Shown piece after piece: positions 40,015 to 54,440 of a stretch of DNA of 64,000 bases. Each line of letters starts with the position of its first letter. Position 1 is the stretch's first letter. A model generated the notes under the pieces. It worked only from the letters and a program-made list of their open reading frames with translations. It made no database searches and was not told the DNA's origin. Origin of the DNA: Lama glama (taxonomy: Eukaryota); contig CM052817.1 in assembly GCA_028534125.1 (NCBI GenBank), positions 3,040,001 through 3,104,000 of the forward strand. Direction: 5' to 3'. The translations under genes were made by a program, and so were the position numbers.

Positions 40015-40096
40015 AAGCTGTCTTCAGAGAGACCAAGCTCAGATGGGGAGGGTGTTATAGAAAATGGAATTACGATGTGTAACGGTAAAGAACAAG
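40015..40096 (+). CDS. AFAP1: AFAP1 coding exon 7: [28 protein letters not shown]
   Basis: Acceptor cacag|, donor AAG|GTGAGT; 82 nt. Confidence 0.96.
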
Positions 40097-40629
40097 GTGA
40101 GTTCTGCTTGTGCCAAAAATACGTAACTAAAAAAACCCAAAAAACCAAAAAACACCACAGTCAAGTCTGTAAACTCTGATTGTGTGAAAAAACACCTTGG
40201 TAATTCGGTTATGTGGATGTCATCACTGTATCACACTGACAGAAACCTTTGGTTAATACTATCCCTCTCTCCGTGTCTTCATGCCAGTCCTGCCAAACCT
40301 CAGCCTGGGTTTTCTCCTGTTGTCTTGACACGTGCTTTGCATAATTTCAATTTACGACTCACAGCAGATTGCTTCCTGATTTACCACTGAAACGGGTTTG
40401 CATCTTGCTGGGAGACACAATTTTCGGGGAAGAGCTTAGGATGATGAGACGGGAAACCCGCGTGCCCATCCCAGTGCTGCCTTTGCTGAAGAAAGGACCT
40501 TGAGCATGTTTCTTACCCTTTAATAAGCCTCAGTTTCCCCATCTTTAAAACAAGGAGGCCAGGCTCGCAGATTTCTGATCTTTTTTAAGAAGATTGTCCG
40601 AAAATGTCTTTTATTTCTTTTCCATTAAA

Positions 40630-41750
40630 AAATTTTTTTAATTGTAGTAGAATACACATAACATACAATTTACCTCCTTAAACATTTTTAAGTCCAGGTT
40701 CAGTGGCATTAAGTACATTCACAGTGTTGTGTGGCTACCAGCACCATCTGTCTCTAGACCACTTTCCATCTTGAAAACTGAAACTCTGTCCCCGTTAAAC
40801 ACTCAGCCCCCATTCTCTCCTCTCCCCTCCCTTTAACTCCTCTAGGACCTTCATACAAGTATGATAATGTAGTATTTTGTGTGTGTGTGTGACCGGCTAA
40901 TTTCACTTATTTCACTGAGCATAATGTCCTCAAAGTGCACCCACAAGGCATGTGACAGGATTTCCTTCCTTTCTGAATAATATTCCTTGTCTGGGTGGAC
41001 CACGTTTTGTTTATCCATCCATCCACTGATGGACGCTTGAGTCGCTTCCCCCTTTTGGCTCTGGTGAATAATGCTGCTGTGGACGTGGGCGAACAAATAC
41101 TGAATTCTCTCTTTAAAGTCAGCTCTATAAAGATGTCAATCACATACAGCAGAGTTCTCCCCTTTTGGCGCCCAGTTCTTTGAGTTTTGACAAACACAAG
41201 CATGTAACCGTCCCCATAGTCAAGACGTAGGAGATTTCTGTCCCCCCTGAAACGCTTACTTGTGCCCCTGGCAACCACGGATGACTTTTCTGTCCTGAGT
41301 GGATCCCACAGCCTCCGGGTCTGGCTTCCTCAGTGGGCGTGATGCTTTCAGAGGCGTCCCTGTCGTGGTCAGGGGTCTGTTCTGCGTCGGGGCCCAGCAG
41401 GGCTCCAGGGTGTGATGAGACCGTCATCCATTCCCCGACTGAAGCACGCGTCTCCAGGCCTGGGTGACGTCCAGTGAAGCTCATAGATGCTCATGGGAGA
41501 TTTCGCGTGAACGAGTCTTCGTTCCCCCGGGTGATACTTTGGTGGGGGGGCTCTCCTCGTCTCAGACGCTCGCGTGCGCTCATGTCGCCACTTTTGTTCT
41601 TTTTGTTCTGACCATTTTAGTAGGTGCGTAATTGTGCCTTTAGCACGCATTTCCCTGTGACTAACAATGTGGAACAATTTTTCACGTGCTTTTTTGCTAC
41701 CCATTGTCTTCTCTGGGGAAACGCCTGTTAAATCTTTTGCCCATATTCCA
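40630..41750 (-). mobile_element. Old L1 3' regions (L1MB/L1MC-like)
   Basis: acataacatacaatttacc...cagtggcattaagtacattcacagtgttgtg...tttatccatccatccactgatggac; a second L1 3' end begins at about 41110. Confidence 0.75.
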
Positions 41751-41758
41751 CCCCCCCT

Positions 41759-42330
41759 TTTTTGGTTGAAGTTTAGTTGATTTACAGTGTTGTGTTAGTT
41801 TCTGGTATACAGCATAGTGATTCAGTTTTACATACATATATATATATATATATTCTTAAAAATTTCTAAAGCAATGTCTTTTTGTTTGTTTTTTATAGTT
41901 TTTTTGGGGGGTAATTAGGTTTATTTATTTAATTTATTATTTATTTATTTATTTAACAGCAGTACTGAGGATTGAACCCAGGACCTTGTGCATGCTAAGC
42001 ATGTGCTCTACCACTGAGCTCTTCCCCCCATATAGTGTTTTTCATGTTTTTTTTCCATTGTAGGTTATTACAAGATATTGAGTATATTCCCTGTGCTATA
42101 CAGTAGGACTTTGTTGTTTATCTGTTTTACATATAGCAGTTTGTATCTGCTAATCCCAAACTCCTAAATTATCTCTCCACCTCCTTTCCCCTTTTTTCTA
42201 TGTCTGTGAGTCGCTTTCTGTTTTGTAAATAAGTTCCTGTGTGTCATTTTTGTTTTTTAGATGCACAAAAGTGTGGCATAAGATATTTGCCTTTCTCTGG
42301 CTTGCTTCGGCCGCCGCTGGGTCCATCCGT
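41759..42330 (-). mobile_element. Cetartiodactyl L1 3' end (L1_Art-like), interrupted by a SINE
   Basis: ttgaagtttagttgatttacagtgttgtgttagtttctggtatacagcatagtgattcag...ccctgtgctatacagtagga...ctgctaatcccaaactcc. Confidence 0.75.
41858..42029 (-). mobile_element. tRNA-derived camelid SINE (Vic-1-like)
   Basis: Reverse complement reads agctcagtggtagagcacatgcttagcatgcacaaggtcctgggttcaatcctcagtac (A and B boxes) followed by (aaat)n and cctaattacccc. Confidence 0.8.
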
Positions 42331-44629
42331 GCTGCTGCACGTGCTTTTGGCTGTGCTCTTCCTGACTCTTTTCGTTCTTACTAACTTTTGAGAGTTCTTG
42401 GCATGTTCTGAAGGAGCGTCCCTGATCAGATGTGTCTCACTTGTGTCTTGTCCCAGCCTGTGGCTTGGCCTCTGATTTCCTTTGCAGTGTGTGGACCAAG
42501 AGCAGCGGTAGGGCTTGTGGGGGGCGGGGGAGGTTTTCCCGCGGCAACGCCAGCAGCCGCTGTGCTTCCCGGGTGAGCGGTCTGCCCGGCCAGCTCGCCT
42601 GCAGCCTGTCCCTGGCGTGGAGTAGGCACCTCCTGGCGTGAAGGGAAGTCTCCTTAAACCAAATGGCAGTCCGGGCCGCTAGAATCTTGGAGCTCGAGTC
42701 ATCCAGGCTGCTGTGATGTTCCAGGGTTCACGGCGGAAGGTCATGGTCTCTGCCTTTGCCCGTGTGATCTTCTGTCTCAGTCCTATCGAGTGTAATTTTG
42801 GTTCTTTCCATCGGAAGTTACTCAGTGGAAGGTATCATCTGTGTCTTCACAGGGCACATTATGTGCAATCAAAGCCAGGAAAGCTATCTTTAACTCTTGC
42901 CCCCAAATGGAGTAACATGCAATCTCAGGGCTCCCGCTCAGAGGCAGAGACCCAGCGGGTGTTGCTCTGGTTGGTCTCTTTTCCTGTTGGCAGTTTCTTC
43001 TCCCAGGGTCCCTGCACAAAATCGGATTCTCCAGAATGATCTATATGCCTGGGAACATGTGCGGGAACATGCCTGATATTCTCCGGCTTCCTTCTAACAA
43101 GAGCAGCCTCTGCACCTTGCGAAGGTGCCCTTGGTTCAGACGTCTTTGCCCGGCATGGTGCTTTGCACGGAGGCGACTCCCAATAAGTAATCACTGAAGA
43201 AACTCGTAGTTTAAGCACTTTCGGACCTTCTGCTTAGCTTCTATTCTTGCCACTCACTCTTGGCCAGTTTGCATCTGAGAATTTTCATTCAAGCCCCCTT
43301 GATCCCAGCCGTGTCGGAACTCGGACCGATTGCTCTGCTGGCTGCACAGAGGAAATCCCAAACTCCTGCAGCTTCTCCTAAATGTCAGACTCACAACAGA
43401 ACATGGACATGCGCCAGACTCTGTGTGACCAGAGCCACAGGGAATGGCTCTAAAACTCCTGCTTCTCCTTTCAAGGAGCCAAGCCCTGGCACGTGGTAAA
43501 CCAGCGCAGTCCAGGGTTTGGTGAGCTAGGAAGGTTCCCACTGAGGCTGCCGCTGACGTGGGAAGAGAACTGAGCCCCTGCTGCTGCTCTGTGTGGAGGC
43601 CACGGCTGTCCCCAGCTGGCCCCTCACGTTTACGATTTGATCCCGAGTTAATGGGTCTGTTGATAGACTTATCAAATAATTAGTCCACTGATGTTAGCCC
43701 CATGTCCCTGTTCCTCCCCTAGCCTAAATACCAAAACACCGAGACTCCCCGTTGTGTAGGGCAGTAAGGAACTGCCCGGGTGTGCACTTACGGCTTTGAA
43801 AATGCTGAGAACGAGCCTTGCTTCAGTGTCTGTCACGCCCCCTCTGCCCACGTTGGCGGTGCAGACTCTCCAGACCTCCTCCTCTGCAGCTTCAGTGAGA
43901 TGGGAGCTCTGAGTTTTTAGGCTTTTTTTCATCATTCTACTTCATGTGTTAAACGTTGCCTTCCGTTTAACAAATAGTATCAACATATCCTTGGTGGCTT
44001 CTTTCTCACGTTCCTACGTACTTTGGCTTTTTCTTCCAAGGACAGCCTCGCTTCCACTTTTGCAAAAAATTAATCTGTGGCTTTCAGGGAACTGAAAGCC
44101 TCTATGGTCTTCTCTCCTGGGAGGCAGAGTCCAGCCAGCACTTTCCCAGCAGGGCGAATCCTAGTAAAACTGGAAGTAAATCTAACAGCCAGCGCTCTCA
44201 GTCCTCACTGTGATGCGGGGAGGGCCTGGCGCATGCTCCCGAGCTCCGGGGAAGGTGCCTGCCGGGCACTGACGGTCCTCGCTGAGAGGGCCTTCTTTTT
44301 ACAGCTTAGCTCCAGTGAGACGTGGTCACAGATCATCTCCACATGTTTTAGAAACAGCCAAGGAGGGCCATCCACTGGTGTTCTCACTTTCGCTTTGGTT
44401 GAGCTGAAATCCAAATGGCACAGCTGTCCCAGCCACGGGCCCCACGCCTGCCGGCAGCTGGGGCGGAGATGTGCCCCAGACTAAGAGGTTAGATTCACCA
44501 ATTCTTGGTGCTTGTTTTACCAGGGAGTGTAAGGAACAGACAGGAGAGTACAAGGAGGGGGTGGGAGTACCAGTCCCATGTCCCATGTTTCTAGTATCAC
44601 AGGAGGCCTTGCCTCGTTCGAAGGACAGC

Positions 44630-44991
44630 ACAGGCTGCCGTGACAAGATACACAGACAGGGCAGCTTACACAGCAGACATTTGTATCTTGCGCTCCTGGA
44701 GGCCAGTGGCCCGAGATCAAGATGCCAGCAGGGCTGGCCGCAGGTGAGGCCTCTTCCCGGCTTGCAGACGGCCGCTCCCTCTCTGTGTCCTCAGCGGCCT
44801 CCCTCCGTGCTCACAGTCTCTTCTCAGAAGGACACCAATCCTGTCAGATCAGGGCCCCACCCTTAAGACCCCACTTAGCCATCATTGCTTCCCTGGGGGC
44901 CCCATCTCCAAACACAGCCACACTGGGAGTTAGGGCTTCAGCATGTGAATTCTGGGCAGGGGGAGGTGGCACACACATTCAGCCTGTAGCA
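44630..44991. mobile_element. MLT1A/B-like MaLR solo LTR
   Basis: ggctgccgtgacaagatacacagac...gagatcaagatgccagcaggg...ccatctccaaacacagccacactggg...cacattcagcctgtagca. Confidence 0.8.
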
Positions 44992-46705
44992 CTGTGCACC
45001 CTGAAATACAGGCTGGCTTCTTTATAACAGCACCTCCTGCCTCAGATGTTGTTAACTGCCATGTCTTTCTAGAGGAAACAAGGGGTAAAGCGCAGTGACT
45101 GACCTGTCAGGCTCTCCCTGAGCCCGGGGTGGGGGGAGGAGGAGCCGCAGAGCCCAGAGGAGGCAGGGCTGGGCGAGCGATGTCACGCCGGCCTTGTGCC
45201 GCTGGTGTGGTGCTGGTGGCAGAGTGGAGGTTGAGAAGGGGACATCGTGCCTGCTCCCCACCAGAGAGCAGCAGACGTGGGGAAGAAGTGGGAAGTGTGA
45301 GGGTGAACAAAGAACATTCTTAAAGGGAGGTTTAGGAATTAGGCCTGTAGTTTATCACCTCACGTCTCTGAATCCTCTTTCCCTGAAATTATGCTGTGTG
45401 ATGTATGTGTGCGGGCGCGTGTTCTGTACCCCTGAGGAAAGGGGGCGGGGAAGGAACTCCTGACTGTTATTACATCTTAAGAAGAGTCTGTGGTGCCCTC
45501 CGGGTGACGGACAGAGGGCCGAGGGCTCTTCCTGGAGCGGACTGGGGAAGGGCTGTTGAGGTTCCCTGGGGCTCAGGCGGTGGTGTTTGGCCTTGATGCT
45601 GCGAGATCTTTTCAGGGCCCTGTAGGACGTCACACACCCCTCTTCCAGCACATCCATACCGTGGTGAGGCTGGACTTGACCATGTGTAGGCCTGGAGGCT
45701 CAGCGCCCTGTGAGGCCTGGGGAAGGCGCCCTGGACCCTTGGCTCCAGTGCCAGGCACATCAGAGCCCCCAGGCTCACCTTTCCAGAGGTGCTCTGCTGA
45801 GAAGGGCCTTGTGCCTCAGTCCCGGCCCTGTCTCAGCGCGCGTGCTGATTCTTTGTGCCATGCCCGCTCCTGTGATTCTGTCGGAGGTCACAGACAAAAC
45901 CTGCAGCGGCTGGAGAGCACGAATGGCCAAGGTGGGGCAGGTGCAGGGTAGCGGCTGGCGGCTGGCGCTGTCTCTGGTGGGGGCATGGGACCATCGTGGA
46001 CACGGGGCCCACGGGTCCACGCGCGTGGATGCTGCGTCTCTGGGCGCGCCCCTGCTGCCCTTTCCCCAGCGTGTGGGTTTAGCGTGGCCAGATCCCCCAG
46101 TTTTCCAAGGGAAGCCGGACAGCATTTTCGTGCAAAACGTTTATGAGTTTTCCATGTGCAGTTTAGTGCTGTGCAGGGCAAACAGCGCAAGGGGCTGGGC
46201 TGCAGTGCCCGTCTGACAGCTCCTGGGAGAGGGCAGAGTTGCGTGTGAACTGAGCAGGTCACGAGGGGCTGGCAAGGGTCACGGAGTGGGGCCACTTCCC
46301 CTTCCCCGCCTGGCGCCTCCCCATGCCGGCCAGGACTTGGCCACAGGAGCCTTCCCCCTGTTGCTGATGCCTCTCCCGGAGCGGCTGCCTTAGCTTCGGC
46401 GCCTCTGCTGGAGTCCCCTGCCTGTCCCCCCGCGGAGGCTTTCCCTGACCACCTGGTCGCGCTGCCACGTGCCCCGGCTTTAGGTCTCCAGAGGCCTTGC
46501 CAGCATCTGACCTGCCTCATGGGTGTGTGTCGGTGTGCACACGTGTGTGTGTTCTCAGCCTGCTCGCCTCTGTTTTCTGCCGTGTTCTCTGGTATCTAGG
46601 CCAATGGCTGGCACGTAGCAGGCGCTCAGTAAGTAAAAACTGGGGGAAAGAAAACTGGCCATGATTTAGGCTTCATTTTGATGTCTTTTCAATTAAAGTC
46701 TGTAA

Positions 46706-47059
<354 letters not shown>

Positions 47060-49719
47060 TGATCTCTGAGGTCCTTTCAAGATGAAGAACAAGCTCTCTC
47101 TTTGACCTCATGAAGTTCTTCCAAATTCCTCTTTAAGCAGTTTTAAACTGGAGCCCAGGCACGTGCCATTGGCCCCGGAGGGATAAAGTATGGTGGAACA
47201 GTGACCGAAGTACCATCAGCTCCTTCCCGTGGCCTGAAGTCATGAAACTAGACTTTCCCGTGCTGCTCCGTTTCTCAGACTTTAGTTTCAGGCCCAACCC
47301 AGCTCATTAATGTCGCCCCCCGCCGGCCGAGGCTTCGTCCGTCTGTGTTTTCTGAGCAGTCGCTGCTTGCTGGGACAGGATCTGCACGTGGTGGGTAGTG
47401 GTGACCGGGATGGTCCCTGCTGTCCCTTGGTGTGCAGTCCAGCAGCCAAAGGGAGCCCTGAAACAAGGAGTCACAGAGACAGATGTGTGATGACTGACTC
47501 AGGAACACACAGGGACCAAGCTCCGTGGATAAGTGACACTTCACGTACGTCAGGTTCCCCAAGCGACCAGAGTTATGAGAACCATGCGGCTTTTCTAAGG
47601 GAGAACATTTAGAGGCTGAAAGATGGATATTTACCCTTTTAAGAAGTAGAGAATGGGCTGTCCCCTTCCTTGTGTCCCACAGTACACAGGCAGCTCCCCG
47701 TCACTGTAAGTCCCATGATGCCTTTGATCTGTGGCCCCTCTGTCTACCCCCACCCTCTCTCTCTCACTGAGCATCTGCTCTGTCCGAGCTGTTGGTTGTT
47801 TTGGGGACACCAAAGGGTACGTGACTTAGATGCTGCTGTAAGTGCCCCACTTGGGCTGCACACACAAAGATGAGTTTATTCGGCAGAGATCCAGCCCCGG
47901 GTGTGAGCTCATACTGGGAGGGTGAGTGGGGCTCCGAGCTGGGTTGGCTGGGAGGAGGGGTGGACAGCAGAGTGCGGGGCAGCGACACAGAGCAGCCTTG
48001 GGGGCTCCCTGAGGGACGATGGGGTGTATTCTCAGCTCCCTCTGGCTCTCAAAGTTGTGATTCTAGGACGTCACAGGCGGTTGTGCAGAAGTGCGTGAGC
48101 AGGGAGGATGGCTGGGCAGGCAGCGGCGGTGGAGGTGTCATCTCAGGGAGGGCCCCGAGAAGGGGCCACCTGGGGCTGAGCTGAGAGGGAGATGGTGACA
48201 CCAAAGGAGACCAGGGGTCTGGGAGCTCTGTGCATTCGGAGGTCCTGGACTGGCCCCAGTCAGACAGCTGGGTCACAGAAGAGGGCCAACTGATGCGCCT
48301 TCCTATGTTCTGTCCCTGAAGAGAATTTGAGAGCAGCCGTCCTGCTGAAACTGAACCCGCTGGGCAGGGGTCCTACAGAAGGGCAGAGGGGGGATCTGCT
48401 GATGCTGAGGGCCTGGTGCTCTCTGCCTTTCTGGGAGCAGCCTCAAGCCCTGGGGGGTGTGGGCCTGTTTTCCTCTCACGTTCACCGGGAGGGCAGATGG
48501 GAGTTAGGGGTTGAACGTGGAACAGGGACTTCTCCAGCTAAAAGGGAACTACTTTTTTAGCTTTGTTTTTTGTTCTTAAAACTGCTCTATGTCAGTGAAG
48601 GAAATAGAGGTTCTTTCATGAAGAACAATTAAACATTCATTGGAAGGCGACTTGGAGACTGTTGTCCAGGGCCCCCATTTTACACCTAGGACAGAGCACT
48701 CAGGAAGGCTGTGGGACTTGCTCTGAGTCACACAGCCCGCTGGGGACAGGGCCAGGCCTGCTGACCGGCTCTGTCCATGTGTGCAGCCCATGCCTCCTGC
48801 AGACCCCTCACATCCCCGAGGGCTCACCACTCTCACGACTCCTGGTAGACAGCTGGTCCGGGAGTTGCTCGGAGGCACACAAGGGCGGCTGCAGCCTGTC
48901 GTACCACGTGCGGGTTTCCCTCCAACTCGGAGTGGACATCTTCCACCGCTGCTAAGAGAGCACCCCCGTCCACAAGAGTTTAAAATTGTCACCTAGCTCT
49001 TTGCCAGGCCAGGGGAGGTGCCTGTAGAGAAAGAAAGGGGGACGATGACAGTTTTCAGGTATTCTAGGACAGCTGCGAAGCCGCAGGCAGAAAGAGTGGC
49101 TGCACGAAGGCCCGAGACGCTGGCCCCGCCCAGCCAAGCCCCTGCAGCTGCGGGCCTCGCGCCGCAGGCAGGCCGAGGGCCTCTGCCGCTGTTCGGCCCA
49201 ACTCTCACCCCTCCCTAGGCCCTGGGCCTGTGGGGGCTGCATTTGGCCCCAGCTGGATCTGCTCTACGAACAGCCCCTTGGACAAGATGCTCTGAGATGT
49301 GCTCGCAGACCCCTAAGCAAAGCAGGGTCTGTTTCTGGCCCGTCTCTAGTGCTCACGAGTCCTGGAGTTACTGTCACTGTATAAATTCAGCTGTTGTTAC
49401 CAGGAATGCATTTCACGTTTTTCTCTCTTCCCCATCCTGTTTCTGTCCGTCATTTGGACGAGTACCCATCCTCTTAACCATCCACCTTCTTCTCCTCTAT
49501 GTTCCTGTTGGCCACCCAGAGCGGGGTGGGAACCTTAGGCTAATCCTGTGCTGAGGCAGTGCAGGGCCTCGAACAGTCTTGTCTCCACTTAATTCTCGAG
49601 CTTTTTCCCTTCATTACTGGATTGCAGTTTAGGCCTAACTCACCCACCAGTCGTGTTCCCAGCACTGAGCACAGAGCCTGGCAGAAAACAGCAGCTCAGT
49701 GAACAGTTGTTGACCTGGT

Positions 49720-49870
49720 GAATTCCCTTAAGCAAGTTGCAGACTCCTCCGAGCCTCAGGTTCTCTACCTGTGAAATGGGCCTATACTCAAATTACTGTG
49801 TTGTCTTTCAAATTGAGGATTAAGTCATGAAATACGAAGCTCATTGCCTACCTCACAATTCATGCTCAGT
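49720..49870 (+). mobile_element. MIR fragment
   Basis: ccgagcctcaggttctctacctgtgaaatggg core. Confidence 0.55.
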
Positions 49871-52377
49871 GAAAGGTCACTGATACTACTCACTTGTTCA
49901 CCTGAAGAAAAACCTAAGCCTAGCAGATGTCTTGAAGGCAGCCTCGGACGGGGCCAGGTGGGTGACTAGATAAACACAGAAGCTGAGCGAAAGGAAACTA
50001 GGGTGGAGGGCTTCACAGGTAGGATATTTCTAGGGTTCCTCTGAGCTCTGTGTCTCGTGACTTTGGGACGTTTTCAGCAGTAGGATTTTTGGCAGATGTG
50101 CAGGAGAGTGACATGCCTCTCACTCTCTGTCATCATCCACCCACAAAGGGTCAGATGGCATTTAGTCAAGGGGAGGGAAGCATTCTTGGCATAAGTCACC
50201 GTGTCAGGGGTGTAGTGAGTCCTTCCCACGTGTGCCCGCCAGAGGACACGTACCTCGGGTGCACGCGTGCCTGCCAGAGGACATGGACCTCAGGTGGGAG
50301 GCGGGTTTCGGTGTGGGCAGGGCCGGGACACACTGTTGGTGGCTTCTGGGTGAGGGTCCCCTCCCCTGTGGCGACCCTGGCTGCTTCTCTGCTGCCCCTT
50401 CCCCCGACATTGCCTCTTAGCCAACTACAAACCGAGGCTTGCTGAGACGAGAACAATGAACTCAAAAGCGTGACAAAGCCCAGGAGACGGCTCCCAGGCA
50501 GGCGCTGCCCTCTCCATCCTGGAGACGAGATCTGTGGACACGTGGTCCCCCCGTCAGCGGCCCTGCCGGCTCAGCTGCAACTGCTGGAGCTCGAGAGCCG
50601 CCTGGCCCGGGACAGCTGACCCCCGCCCTCTGCAGTTGTGTGTTTGGGTCACTCAGGCCTGTGAAGTGACCTCACCGGTCACATGAAACCCCCTGCACTC
50701 TTGCCACCATGCTTTTGCAGGAAACCTTAGAGTTCTTCAGAATTTGAAGCAAAGATAATCTCAGAACATCAAACTGAAATTCCCAAATTGTTAAGACAGA
50801 GTGACATCTCCCTATAACATAAGTGGGAGTCAGAAAAAAAGTTCAAGTGGTGCTGGAGTTGCCGTATAATGTGGATCATCGAAATGCCCAGGGCCTGTGA
50901 GCCTGTCCACAGAGCTCAGTCCATCCCAGCCTGGCTGCTCTTTGGCACCACCTGGTGGTGGGTGTCTGCCCTGGGATCATCTGGGGGCTGCTTGGGGTCC
51001 TGTGTCACCAGGTGTTCCATCAGCCAGGCTAGCGATGTCCGGTGGGAGAAAGTTAGGGGACATGCGGCCTGCCCTCTGACCCCAGAGTCCTTAGAAGGGC
51101 TGCCTGTCCCTCACGGCCACGTCCCCCACCCAGGAAGTAGGAATTTCGGCCACCCCCGGCAAGAAGAGCTGAGGACGGTGAGCCTGGCAGGGGAGGCCAG
51201 CCGCCAGGCGTGGACACGTCTCCACAGAGTTTGCTGTCTGCAGAAACAGGCCTGTTACCCTCTGCAGATCTGCAGGTCTTGTTTTGCTTTTCCCTTTGGG
51301 GAGCTGCAGCTAAATACGAGGAGGGCGTTAACACGTGGTAACTTCCTGTGACGTCGTGCTCGAAGTAAAGCGTGAGTCTGCCCAATATAATCTTTCTGTT
51401 TGTGGCTCACATCAAGAAACTCGTAGTGCTTGGTGACTCAGTCAGGGAAGAAAAGCCGGTGAGTACGTCCAGCCCTTCAGGAGACGCGGCACTCGCCTGT
51501 TAGCAGAGCCGTGTGGGCTGGTTAGAAGTCACAGCCACTCCATGAAATCTGTATTAGTTCTGGAAAAATGCATTGATGTTTGTGACAAATGAAAATGATC
51601 AGTTTCTTGTGTTTGAGGAGATTTCCTTTTTGAAAAACGAGGACAATTCTTGTAATTCCATCGCACGTGAAGATGTATATACGTGTCTTCACATCCACAG
51701 GGCGCTGCAGACACAGTGCAGCCTCAGAGACATGAATGACGAAATGCCACGCGCGTTCAGACTCGGGCATTCAGACTTCACAGTCAACAGAACCCTCCAG
51801 TCAGGGGGCTGCAGTAAGGGCCACTGAGGGCACCTGGGCCTCCAGGCAGGAGTCTCATACCAAGGACTTGCCGTCATTTGCTGGAATACTTCCAGTAGTG
51901 GGGAACTCATCCCCAGGCCTCCTGCTTCTTGGAGAGCTTCGTGTTCACATAGTGTATTTCTCGTGCTGGGCCACGTCTGCCTCCCTGTAACTTTTGCCCT
52001 AGTTTTGTCAATTGCAGCTGCTCAGAAGGAGTGTAAACCCCTTCCCGTGTGGTGTCCCTTCAGCCACTTGAAGACGCCTGCGCGGCCTCACCCCTCCTCT
52101 CCTTCCAGCACTGATGGCTCAGCGCCCTTCCACACACTCACGAGCCCCGGATCCCCATGCACGTCTGGGAGCCAGTCCTCAGCACACACGTACGACGTCA
52201 CATTAGGGCTTCTGGCGTGGTCTGTGCTGTCTCCTGAGAAGCCCCCCGAGCTGATTGAATGAGTCGTCTTGCAGGGGCGGCTCCTCCGGTTGCCAGGAGT
52301 TCGCGTGTGCAGACGTGCGGTGTGAGGGGTTGGTGTCTCCCCAGCTGCCTCCCGACCCCGCAGGGCCTGGGAGCTGA

Positions 52378-52833
<456 letters not shown>

Positions 52834-54440
52834 TGATTTCCTCTCTGTACATGTTCCCCTGGGAAATTAAATACACAGCCCCATACAGTGGGTTGCTTTT
52901 GAAAAGTGGCCACAAAACAACTTGTTTTAAAATTTCCAGTAGAACTTTCCCCCTGACTGTGGTCTGCCTCTGAAGTGGTGGTGCTTCCTTCACGTTGCCC
53001 TTGGGAATGTTCTGGGCTTCCTCACAGACGGAGCAGGTGCTTTTGGACAACCAGTCGCCTGTGGCCAGTAGCCAGTGAGCCAAATTACGTGGAAGCTGAA
53101 AGAACACTTGGCTTTTAATGAACCCTTGGCTTTGTGTGCATTTTACTGTTTGTTTGACTGCTTTTTTAGACTTCCTTATTCACCAAAGCAGAAAAAGGCA
53201 ATTAAAACTAATTTCTTAGTGACACACTGAAAACTTTCATTTTTGAAATTTGAAATTTTTATTTATCATCTATTATTAATTTACTCTTCTACCAAATTAT
53301 TAATTCAGATCTTTTTTCCTTTGTCTTTTATTCCAGTTAGTGTTACCATGATTGAGATACAAAGATACACACACACACATGTGTATCCATGTATAAATGA
53401 ATATCAGATCACAGAATTTCCAGAGTGCATGTTAAGTGTATCTGTGTTATATAGTCAATAGAAAGGAGGATATTTTGGCTTTGGTGGAAGGGCTGATGTA
53501 TGTCTTAAATTAATCAGATGCAGAGCCAAATTCTAAATGACTGCAGTGATACTGTCCATGGAGGAAAGAGCGTGGGGCTTGTGGCCAAGATCAGAGAGGC
53601 CCAGTTAGCCAATCTAGAAGGTCTTGGTGGGGGACAGGAGTTTGTTTCAGAGACTACTGTTTTCGTTGGGGGCAAAAAAAAAAAAAAAAAGATTAACAGC
53701 ATAGTTCTTCCACCTGCGGGGCTCCTCACCCAGTGGTTTGGATGGTTTGAGATGACAGGTCAAAGGAGCGAGCCTGCCCCTCGTGGCTGACTCTGCAGCG
53801 TCTGATTTCACAGAAGGAAGGCCTGGCCTGGCTGAGGCCAGCGTGTCGGGGCCCCTGCCTTAGTTCTGTTGCAGACTTTGGTCACATCCAGTGTCTGAAA
53901 AGCAGAGTGTTGGGCCAGAGTCAGTGTGCTTTGTAAGCATTTATGCAGGCCAAAAACTGTCGGGCGGATGGCGGGAGAGAAAGCCGAAAACAGAAACGAG
54001 GAAACTGTCCTCTTGATGTGAAACAGCGCGGGTGCCATCTGCAAGCTTTGGCAGCAGATCTGAGAGAGGATGCAGGGGCGGGAGCTGGCCCCCGCTGGGT
54101 TCAGGGTGAAGAGAGAAGCTGGCCAGGATGCCGGGTGGGGAGGGGCTGGGTGGGGCGGCCCCTGTGCTGCCTCTGCTCCCAGCCCTGTAGGTGCAGCCCA
54201 TGTCCCCGGAACCACAGTGGTTGTGTTCCACTGCCTTTGCCCTGTACCAGTCTTGGACTCAAACGCATGTAGAAGTAACACACAGCAGTCCACTATAAGC
54301 AGAGGCTTTGCCTGAATCAGTAAGGAAGTGCAGTGAGCCAGCCAAAAAGCTGTCTTTGGTACTTTTTCTAAGATCGTTTTGTCTTAACTTTTGAGATAAT
54401 TTCAGAATTACAGAAAAGTGAGAATGGTGCAAATAACTCC

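Noticed and set aside
41950..42029. tRNA-like sequence with A and B boxes (also at 62534-62610)
   Set aside because: SINE heads with A-rich tails and TSDs, not tRNA genes.
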